64,000 bases of DNA from NCBI GenBank assembly GCA_028023455.1, contig JAQFVV010000004.1, forward strand, positions 21,266,001 through 21,330,000, read 5' to 3'. Source of the stretch: Epiperipatus broadwayi. Lineage: Eukaryota > Animalia > Onychophora. Under the pieces are notes generated by a model. It did no database searches and was not told the origin of the DNA. It saw only the letters and a program-made list of their open reading frames with translations. Positions 54,073-64,000 of the stretch are shown here, in pieces. Within the stretch, counting starts at the first letter, position 1. Each line of letters opens with the position of its first letter. Both the position numbers and the translations under genes were made by a program.

Positions 54073-54806
54073 TGTTACCTAACTGAATTCCAATAGTTTA
54101 TCCAATAATGACAGCACTACTTCGGTTAAATCTAGTGCATTTAATAAATTTAATACACAATAAATTAACTGACAATAACTTTACATTTTATATACATATA
54201 TACACTTAAGGCCATAGGTGTACAAAACAGTAATAAAGATTGTTCCAACCTGTTTAGTCCCTAGCTGACATGTCCAGAGGCAAGCTCTCCACTCTAGAAG
54301 CTACTGGGCAAAAAGTGATGTCCAGTACCCAAATTTTAGTCCATCTGCCAGTTCAGTTACTCAATAACTCTCTTCATTTTTTCCTCCAACCTGCATGTCT
54401 TCTTTCATTGTTTTCTTCCTACAGCTGATTGGCTGGTATTCCAGCTCATAAAATAAGGTAATTATTTCTCTAAGTGCACACATGTTGGATTCCACAATGT
54501 TTTACCTCTTGTTAACCTTAATTAATTAGTTATTATAGACTCAAATTCTTATTATCACTGGCAGAAATCTGATTCTCATTCCTTTAATTATTATAAATAC
54601 ATTTTTATCTGTTATCACTAATTTTACTTTTTCCTTATAATTAGAATATAGTCTTTATTCTAATATAATCTTTATTACTTCTAATTATTTTTTAGTTCCA
54701 TATTTAAAAGATAAATCTTTTAATTCTACAAGTATTTTTTATTTATTTACTATTATATATATATATATATATATGGGGGGGGGTGTACCCACACATATAC
54801 ATAACA
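54073..54806 (-). repeat. 3' LTR of Gypsy element 2
   Basis: Diverged direct repeat of 58062-58725 with TG..CA ends. On the minus strand it is preceded by the polypurine tract TTGGGGGGAGTAA (54807-54819). Confidence 0.85.
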
Positions 54807-56872
54807 TTACTCCCCCCAAGTTCGGAGATTAATTTTTAAATCTTTAAACTTAATATATATAGTCACTGAGATACTTAGTGAATGAGATACTTGAAGTTTT
54901 AATTTGACTTTTAACATACTGTTGAGGGATAATTTCCACTTCATTTGTTGTGTTTTCTCTTGATGTGCTTGATTGCAGACCATTGTTATGGATATTGTTT
55001 GTTTCCATTTTATTTTCTCTTTGCATCTTCGCATCTGTCTCTGTTGTAACTAACATGGGTATTGCTTTCATCTTTCTGAAGTTGTTTTAATACTTTGTTA
55101 ATATTTTCTCTTTGTTCATGTGCACTATCACAACTTGTTTTGAATGATGCCTAATCACAATTCCTTGCTTCCAATGATTATTTATTATGTTCATGACCCA
55201 TACTCTTTCTTGAGTTTAAATTTATATGAATAGCAGTGCTGCTTGTTTTAATCTGCTGTCATTGCTATGTTTACTAGTTTTGTATATACCTTTCTTCCTA
55301 AGTATAATTCAGCTGGTGATTTTCCAGTTTTGGCAGCTGGGGTTAAGTGTTGGTGAAATAGAACTGTAAGAACTGCTTTCTGTATTTTAGTTTTACTCAT
55401 TTTTCTTATAGATGATTTTAAATTTTGCATTGCTCTTTCAGCCAGTCCATTTGATTGGAGGTAGTAAGTGAATTGAATTTTATCCTCCATTTTTGCATCA
55501 CTTCCCCAAATTTCAGTGATGTCAATAATCATTATCTAAAACTAATGTTTTGGGAAATCCATGATGGGAAAATATCTCATATAGTCTGTTTACTGTTTTA
55601 TCTATACTGGTGTTTCTTACTACTTTGTATTCGGCTCACCCTGAATGAACCAACCACTACAAATAACAGATGACCTTTGAATGGACAGCAGTAGTATATG
55701 TGAATTTATTGCCATGTCTTGCCAGCTTTTGGCCATACTTCAAAATTGGATGGGGGTGCTTTAACATATGACTAACAATTATTGCATTTCTTTATATATT
55801 TTTCAATGTCTGCATTAATGTTTGGCAACCATATATAGCTATGGGCTAGTGCCTTTGCCCTAACTATGACTCAATGATCTTCATGCAAAGACTTTAATAT
55901 TTGCTGTCTACCTATGACTGGTGTTAGCACCTGATCACTCCTTAGGATGCATTCTTTATGGAAACATCTGTGTACAGGTGTTTTAGAGTTCTTTGTGGAG
56001 GAAGCTGAAGTGTTGACTAGGCCAGTTCTCTCTGATTTGCTTTATGATCTATTGGTAGCCATCATCTTCTTCTGTCCAATGAGCTATAATTTTGCTGTTA
56101 TGGTTCTGATTTTTCAGCATGTCGATATAGTTGATTTTGTTTTTTTTTTCTCAACTTTTTCTTTCTGGGCAAATGAAACTTTTCACAATTTACAGATAGT
56201 CTGTGGCACCTCCGTGCTTACTTTTAACAATACAGGCATCATTTTGAAAATTGTACACCCTGTGAAAACAGTTACTAGCCTTGTGGTCATTTTTACTGTA
56301 GCAAAACAAATAAATGATTTTTACTGTAATTTGTTTGATCGTTACTGTTTGTAATGTCATGTTTTACATATTTATATGTTTTGCTGATTTCCATTTGCTT
56401 TTTTTTTTGCATTATTAAACTCTGCAAACTGATGGGATTGCTCTAGCATGAATTCATAAGCTATGCTATGCTTTATGGTTTCATTGGTGATGGACAATTG
56501 TCACTATTAATTCCCCTCAGAATTTTTTCAAGGAGGGCCTCATCTAGGAATATCCAGTAGATGCTATTCTTTGCAGGATTCCACAGAGAACAATCGTAAT
56601 CTTTAATACCCTCCTCTCTATTCTGGTAGCAGTCAAGGAAATGCAGTCTAGCAACATGTCTAGAGAGATGGAGATTGAAACAGTTTGACAACTGCTCTTT
56701 AAATTGATTGTAAGAGTATTCTTCAAGAGTAAGCCCTGTTGACAATCTATTATTCCTTTTATAAACAGGTAAAACTCTCCATAGAGTAGTGCCACCCTGT
56801 GCCAATGAGAGTAATCAATGGATGCCAGAAGGTTGTGCATAAAATATCCATCTAGTGCCTACTCACCCAATA

Positions 56873-56914
56873 TCACCAGACTAGTTTCTGGCTTATAGCC
56901 TTCGTCAGTGAGGA
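56873..56914 (-). ncRNA. Type I hammerhead ribozyme motif (family A, copy 3; core nucleotides intact)
   Basis: Minus strand reads TCCTCA-CTGACGA-A-GGC-TATAA-GCC-A-GAAA-C-TA-G-TC-TGGTGA. Confidence 0.72.
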
Positions 56915-57311
56915 GTCTTGGATCTGAGAGCACTGCGCCTAGATCCTAGGATCTGATGCAACTCTCCAGCAGCCACCTTTTATCTCTACTTTACTACAAA
57001 ACCATGAGAATGAAATTGAAAACACAATAATATTTTCAATCTAAGCTCAATAGCTTATATAGTCATATGGGTCTGAACTCAGTTCATCACACATATATTT
57101 TGGTGTCTGGATCTTTAACAACCATATCCACCACTATTCTATTAGGAAGGATTGGTGTTAAACCACTAAACATCACATGATCACCAACTCCTATGCTAGC
57201 ACACCATTAAGCATCCCACAATCACCATCTCTTATGCTAGCACATGTGCTAGCATAAGAGATGGTGATCATGTGACGTTTAGTAGCTTAACACCAATCCT
57301 GCCTAATAGGA

Positions 57312-57385
57312 TAGTGGTGTCTATGGATGTCAAAGAGCCAAAGACACCAAAATGCATGGGTACTGAACTGAGTTCAGACCCATAT
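57312..57385 (+). promoter_or_regulatory. A/B-box-like (tRNA-related) head of family A
   Basis: The best-preserved copy (minus strand, 1560-1635) reads TGGCTATGGTTGTTAAAGAGC...GGGTTCAGACCC. The B-box-like part sits in the hairpin ATGGGT-A-CTGAAC/GTTCAG-ACCCAT. Confidence 0.5.
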
Positions 57386-57528
57386 GACTATATAAGCTAT
57401 TGAGCTTGGATTGAAAATATTATTGTGTTTTCAATTTCATTCTCATGTTTTTGTAGTAAAGGAGAGATAAAAGGTGGAGGGTTGCATTAGATCCTAAGAT
57501 CTAGATGCAGTGCTCTCAGAACCAAGGT

Positions 57529-57570
57529 TCCTCATTGACGAAGGCCACAAGCCAGAAACTAGTCTGAGGA
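57529..57570 (+). ncRNA. Type I hammerhead ribozyme motif (family A, copy 4; C3 to U, perfect stem I)
   Basis: Reads TCCTCA-TTGACGA-A-GGC-CACAA-GCC-A-GAAA-C-TA-G-TC-TGAGGA. Confidence 0.72.
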
Positions 57571-58061
57571 TATTGGATGAGTAGGCACTAGGTGGGAATT
57601 TTATGCACAAGCCTTCTGGCATCCACTGATTACTCTGGTTGGCACAGGGTGGTACTACTGTATGGAGAGTTTTGCCTGTTTAATAACAGTTATGTGCTAG
57701 CATAAGAGATGGTTCTCATGTGATGTTTAGTATTTATTATTCCTTTTCCAGCAAAACATAATACTGTCATTATTTTGAACTTGTCATCTTCGATTCTATT
57801 TATAAAGATATACTTTTCTATATGTTGGATATATAGGAGCCAGTTACTTGCCTTGATGACATCAAGTCTTCTATAGCAGATTGCATTTCAACAAATCTCT
57901 CAATACCCATAAATCTAACCGATTAATCTTGGATTTTTAGTTTGAATCAAACTCGCTGATAGCCACTAAGTGTTGGAGTTCATTTTGATTGTGACTGCAC
58001 AAATTGTTATATCCATACCTTACTAAATCTTATGATTCAAACCCTTATTGGGGAGCATTAC

Positions 58062-58725
58062 TGTTCCGTGATTGAATTCTAATAGTTTCCCCCATAATGG
58101 CTCACCACTACTTCAATTAAATCCAGTGAAATTAATAAATTTAACAGACAATAATTATTAGAATAACTTTACATTTTATATACATATATACACATAAACC
58201 TGTAAGCATACAACCTAATAATAAATATCGTTCTGACCTATTTAATCCCTAGCTTGCTTTCTCACATCCAGATACAAGCTCTCCATGCTAGAAGTTACTG
58301 GGCAAATGTCCAGCACCCAAATTTTAGTCTATCTTCCAGTTCAGCTCCTCGTTAACTCTCATTTTTCTACTCCAACCTGCATGTCATCTTTCATTATTTT
58401 CCTCCTACAACTGATTGGCTAGTATTCCTGCTCATAAGATAAGGTAGTTATTTCTCAAAGTGCACACATGTTGGATTCCATAATGTTTTATCTTTTGTTA
58501 ACCTTAATTAATGAATTATTATGAGACTTAAATTCTTGTTATCAATGACAGAAATATAACCTTGTTACCAATAGTTTTACTTTATTATTCTAATCTTATA
58601 ACTTCTAATTATTTTTTAGTTCGGTATTTAAAAGATAAATCTTTTAATGCTACAATTGTTTTTTTATTTATTTACTATTATCTTTATATGTATGTATGTG
58701 CATATATCCACACACATACATATCA
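58062..58725 (-). repeat. 5' LTR of Gypsy element 2
   Basis: Direct repeat of 54073-54806, visibly diverged with indels. No clear PBS or TSD. Confidence 0.82.
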
Positions 58726-59457
58726 TAAATCTTGCAAGCTTTCAGAAGTAAAATTCATATGACAGTTTTTTTATTATGCCAAACAGTTTTGCAGGACTAT
58801 TCATATCTATATAGCATACAATTGCATCATTTATAAAATGTATATTCTTTTCAAAAATTGTCCTTTGTTGTGATGTTGTTGAATTCTTATATTAAATACA
58901 GTACCTATCGTCGGGATGATCTAAAAGTTTGAAAATCATTCCCCATAACTTTTTGTCTGTCAAATAGGTATAAAATTCATGAGCTGGAAATTTTAAAACA
59001 GAAGTATTTAAGTCATGTTTTTTTGTTATAAAATTTGGAGAATGAATTTAAAACAGATACAGAAATTGAATTATTAAATTTTTTTGAATAGTTAAATAAT
59101 GCTGGTGACCAATTCTAATATTAGCAATTCATTTTCTTCATTTCAATATTTAAAAAATTCAGCAATATCAACATGGTTTAAAACATTTTTTTGGGTACTT
59201 TAGTATTATTTAACCGATGATGTATTACATCTACCGATTTACCTTCCAGTAGACGGCATCGATCATAACATGACAATGTTGTCATGGCAACTGAGACACT
59301 GGCATGATTAATCCATGTGAGAGTCAATTTTTTTTTTTGACCCGTGAGCTTTGGGAAATTTTGACATTTGTCTGTCTTTTGTGATTTTGCTATTCACGGC
59401 TTCACAGTGATTTTTTTCATTCTGTCATATTTGCATTTTTTGCTACAAATCCTGAAA

Positions 59458-59550
59458 CCACAGCAGCACCTGGACTCACATTTGAGTGAATTTATATGGA
59501 GGCAGTCATATAAAGCTGATCCTTTCCATGCGATTTTGGACATATATCCC
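59458..59550 (+). pseudogene. Merlin (IS1595/ISXO2-like) transposase C-terminal remnant
   Basis: QHLDSHLSEFIWRQSYKADPFHAILDIYP matches the Merlin C-terminal HL.SYL.EF.WR...DPF..IL motif. Confidence 0.7.
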
Positions 59551-61429
59551 AATTCAGTCCACCGCAGTGAATGCTATTTGTAAGTAATTTTCATTTTTCG
59601 ATGTATATTATTTTGTAAATTCTTCTGCAATTATAAAAAGTACAATTAATTAATATTATTTTTAATATTACTTTTATTAATAAACATCATTTATTAAACT
59701 TATGATTTTGAAACAGTCACCATCATTAAATATTAAAACTTCAATCTTAGCATTCTTTCTTCTACAAATATTAATTAATAAATCTGAAATCTATCAATAA
59801 ATTGTCCAATAAAAGCTTCCATGACTATGTTTTTATTTTTTGCTACCTTCATACACACATACACATACATATATTATAATGGTACCTATCCAGCTAGCTA
59901 AATATAAAATATGCATAAATACCAAAAAGTGATGACAGGAGACTTTAGTTCACTTGTAGAATTATGTTCTTCAAATTAAACTCTGAAGAAATCAATGGTT
60001 CAGATTAATTTAGCATGAGATTGGAGAAAAAAAGGGCAAGCTACTTCTTTAAATCCTAGACCTATGAATTATCACTACTAAGTGGATGCTTTACTTACCT
60101 AAGAAGTAAATAAAGAATAGACAACTTTTCCAATCACATATATATGACTCTATTAATAGTTAGTTTGGTAATGGGATAGCTTTTGGATCACGTTTTATGA
60201 TTATAAAAACTAAGCTCATAAGTAAAAGAAAGTATTTAATTCCATGACCTCTCTGACTTTAATTGATTTACTTTCAGAGTTTAACATGATTAGTGAAACT
60301 TGGTTACTCACCAAAATATAAATTAAGAGAATTTTTATTGAATCTAACTTATATTTGCAGATGTATTCATGGGTATTTCAGAACTCTCAAAATTAAACAA
60401 AACAATGTAGCAATTAGTTATGGCTTATGAAAGTAATCATAAATTTGAATATTCACAAAACAAACAAAAAAAATTATCATATAAGTAAATTCACAGTCTC
60501 AAACATCGCATAATGATCCTTGTACTGAAAAGAGCGAGCAAAAAAATAATTTCAAATTTATCAGTCATTTATATAGAACAAATAGTATATCTTTTGTATT
60601 AAGTTTTCAGATGGCAATAGTTTTCATTTTATTTCAATATCATTCACATTCACAATGTTTGTTAACAATATGCATGGATTGACATTTATATCTGAATAAG
60701 AACCAAAAAAGATACAATAATAGAAAAATAATGATGATGATAATAGTTTCTTAAAATAGCACAATTCAAGATTATAGATATGTTCTTGAAAGTAAGATCA
60801 CCTTAATTTTCATTCAAAATTATCAACACTCTCATCATACTGTGATAAATATGTATATGCCCCAATTTCTGTTAAAACTGTACTTCTCTTTTAAAATCCA
60901 AATGCTAACTCTTTAGATTAATCATTTACAAGAAGGCTTCAATTATGGCCTAAAAGAATTAATGTATTCTATGTCACTGCTAATTCTGAGAATTCAGTAA
61001 GTGTTTACCACTAGACTACACAACTCCTAACATACTAAACTTCCATGAATAAAAAAAAAAAGCCAATTCCTAATCTCACCTATAAAGAAATAAGCACATG
61101 TAAAACATATATAAAATATCTACATGCTGATTTACCTTTCTAATGTATCTTATTATGAAGCTATAAATTATTTATTGAAGAAGAATATTAAATAAACTTT
61201 AACATTAATAAGCAATATGTTATGTATATACCTATAAATGGTCCCCATGAGAACAAATGACAAATTTAATTTCAAACATACATTGTGTATAACATATATA
61301 GCATACATATATAAAGCATATAAATTAAAACAACAACAGAAAATTTTAATGATAAATGATATCTAGTGTTTTATTATTTATAGTGATGAGTCAAAATTTA
61401 AAATCAATCGTGTACACTATAATTTTTTA

Positions 61430-61870
61430 AAAAAATCAGATTAATTATCATTTAATACCTTCTTTTTATTTCCTTTTGAAAATTGACAATTATCTTATGC
61501 ATCTTTATTCTTCCTGGTGTGTATTAAATCAATATGTAAGATTTTTTAATGACAACATGTGAATTCAGTTACTACTTTGCAGTTTTTCTGAGTGTCCTTT
61601 TGTTTTGGTTAGACTGAGATGGATCTATTGAAGATGACACAATTATCACAGATGTGTAGGTAATCCTTACATTGATCTATAGGATAAGAATAGCTATTTG
61701 TTTCCAGATTGATTTCCCTTCAAAAACATTCCTTGTTAATGATTTGTCTCTTTTCCAATGGATAGTAATTATTTGGAAGGATAAAGCAGGAGAACCACAT
61801 TCCCCAGGTCAGAACTTTCTCTCTACTCTTCCATTTTTTAATGGAATTGGCCCACATAAAATTTTGCAAT
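61430..61870 (-). pseudogene. Possible integrase zinc-binding/core remnant (Gypsy/Ginger-like)
   Basis: Minus frame reads KDYLHICDNC...KILHIDLI, resembling the C..C plus HIDL start of the rve core. Very decayed. Confidence 0.3.
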
Positions 61871-62339
61871 TACATTAAAAAAATGAACAGATTAGTGGTA
61901 GCAATGTTTGCTCTTTCTTTTAATGGTGATTTTCAATAATCTTTTTTTTCTTGTCTATTACTATGGTATTCAGCTTAATCATTCACATGCTATTAATGAC
62001 AACTCTATTGCTAACACAATTGTCGAACTTCAAATATTAAATTTGATAAAAGAGAAAAAAAATTTTCATATGAGCATATGCTTTATGTATGCTTAACATT
62101 TTATGAAAAAAATAAATAAATAAACAAATAAGGTTATATCGCAAATAAATTCAAAAACAAATATACAATGTAAACATATTGACATTACCAAATGCAAATA
62201 TTTTAAACATGAATTTTATGCATGCATATATATACAACAATAAACAAAAAATATATATAAACAAATCCCGTATCAAAATCAAACTGAAGATTGTAAATAG
62301 AAAAAAAAATCTTCCTCTATTGCAGACTAAGAAAAGACT

Positions 62340-63610
62340 GTGATGCTATATCACTAATCACAACCCATAGGCAAAACGCATGGAAGTGAATCCAACTATC
62401 ACTATACAAAATACTCCCATCCCAGGCCATTAATTATTCAAATATCATACAGGAAGACAGGAGAAAATCCCTTCTCTTAAGAAATATTCATACAAGTATA
62501 AATTTTTTTTTTAATGACAACATGACACTTGATGTAAAGAGTGGGTCTTTCTGACCTTTACAATATGTGTATAAAAAGAAATACTAAGTCAGAATTTAAA
62601 TATGATTATTAAATTATTAGCACCAAATATACTTTTGACTCTTTTGTGTCATATTCATGGTTATTGTGCTGAAAAATCTCACTTTCCGTTGATTTGAATA
62701 CTATTTTTTCTCTGGTTCATTACATATTCATTTTTTTTGTAATGATTCATGACTCTTTAATTTTTTTTTTTTTTTGATCATTTTGCTTTTCAACATTATT
62801 TTAATACAACCAGGATCAAAATCTATGGCTGTATTCTTTTTCATGATTGTAAAAGACTGATGTATTAGTAGCTTTGGTATTTTACAATCATAAAAGAGAA
62901 CATGACCATAGTTTTGATCTAATTTGTGTTAAAATAATGTGTGAAGAGCAAAAACTAATAAAACATATACATTAAAAATCTTCCTTTTCAAACATACAAT
63001 TTTATTTATTTTTTACTATTTCTATCAGAAGCATTCCATCAAAGTATTAATTCTATGATTAATTTCATCTATTTTCCATTTATATTATTAATCTGACCAA
63101 GACATTTGTAATTGTTAACTTCTAATTTATGATTATCAATCTTTATTTTCTTCTTATGAGAAAATTTAGTCTTTTAGTATATCTTTAGTCCTATTTTCTT
63201 ACTTTCATCTAATAACTTTTGCAACATTTCCTGAAAACACTTAAGCATAATTGCAAAAACAATCACATCATTTTCAAAATCTAGATGATTTAAATAACCT
63301 CCATTTATTTTTATTCTCTTAGCTTCCCATTTTAATTCACAAAATACTTCTAAAACTGCTATAAAAAGTTTGGAATATGCAATCCATCTGTCTTACATTT
63401 TTCTTAATGTTAATATTTTTAGAATCACCATGTAATATAATCATTGCTATTACAGTTTGATAAATATTATTCAAAGGATCGCAATATTCCAGATCTAAAC
63501 TTTGATGATCCAAAGCTTTAATATCTATTGGGGAAATACTTTTATAATATCTTTTTGTAATCTACTAATCCAAAAAACTTTTAAATCCAGTTTGGCCTTT
63601 TGATTACTTA
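62340..63610 (-). mobile_element. RTE-clade LINE RT fragment
   Basis: LVDYKR; IKKNVRQMDCI; IKINGGYLNHLDFENDVIVF (from NHLRFADD); LDESKKIGLKI..KTK; YKCLGQI; EINHRI. Confidence 0.85.
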
Positions 63611-64000
63611 ATATCAAAAGTTTATTGTAGATTAACTGGAAAAATTTGTAAAAAAAAAAAACCAAACAAACAAAAACAATAAAATAGAATTCCATATGAT
63701 TTAACCTTTGTTTAAGTTAAAAACCAATTTAAACAAATTTATTTAATGTCATTCATTTAAGAATTTAGAAAGAGAAAAACAATTATCATTATTATTTCAA
63801 TTTAAATATGAACTGACAATCTATCTTCTTTTGGAAGTAATAGAATTTCTCTTCTTTCCTTAATTGTATAATATCATTTGTTACACTTTATATAGTTATT
63901 TTTTTAACAATGCATTAATTTTTATTTAAATAAAAAATTAAAATTAAACATTAAAAAAAAGCATCATTTATTGAGATTGTTTAAGTAAAAGATTGAAATG

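Larger units (their letters stand above)
56761..57734. mobile_element. Family A head-to-head dimer insertion with 13-bp TSD
   Basis: TATTATTCCTTTT occurs at 56748-56760 and 57735-57747. The inverted units meet in a 48-bp perfect palindrome at 57221-57268. Confidence 0.92.
54807..58061 (-). mobile_element. Internally deleted Ty3/Gypsy element (gag + integrase; no PR/RT/RH visible), interrupted by the family A insertion
   Basis: gag N-terminus NWLLYIQHIEKYIFINRIEDDKFK (57750-57840); gag body 56473-56760; CCHC knuckle at about 56270-56310; integrase LHEDH..IWLPNINADIEKYIKKCNNC (55780-55890) and QSNGLAERAMQ..TGKSPAELYLGRK (55248-55460). Confidence 0.88.

Noticed and set aside
55947-56354. 135-aa plus-strand ORF
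   Set aside because: Antisense to the Gypsy gag-integrase junction.

Overview
Very AT-rich eukaryotic DNA, most likely from an invertebrate animal (inferred from the TE repertoire). It is dominated by decayed transposable elements: two Ty3/Gypsy LTR elements, two Penelope-like elements (PLEs; RT + GIY-YIG), several L1/Tx1-like LINE fragments, CR1/L2-like and RTE-like LINE fragments, a Merlin transposase remnant and a young tRNA-derived SINE with a target-site duplication (TSD). I could not identify any intact host gene, and most ORFs in the supplied track are TE debris or low-complexity artefacts. The most interesting signal is non-coding. Two related families of ~400-490 bp repeats (family A at 1.3-1.9 kb and 56.8-57.7 kb; family B at 19.3-20.6 kb) each combine a Pol III A/B-box-like head with a type I hammerhead ribozyme (HHR) motif. 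They occur as partial tandems and head-to-head inverted dimers, their HHR stems covary between families, and one copy interrupts a Gypsy gag with a 13-bp TSD. A similar tRNA-like + HHR layout lies at the 3' end of the Penelope element at 38.4-38.6 kb, which suggests these are retrozyme/SINE-like non-autonomous elements dependent on PLEs. Long fold-back structures and a patchy CpG distribution are also notable. All assignments come from reading motifs by eye; no searches or folding were run, and element boundaries are approximate unless a TSD or terminal motif is quoted.
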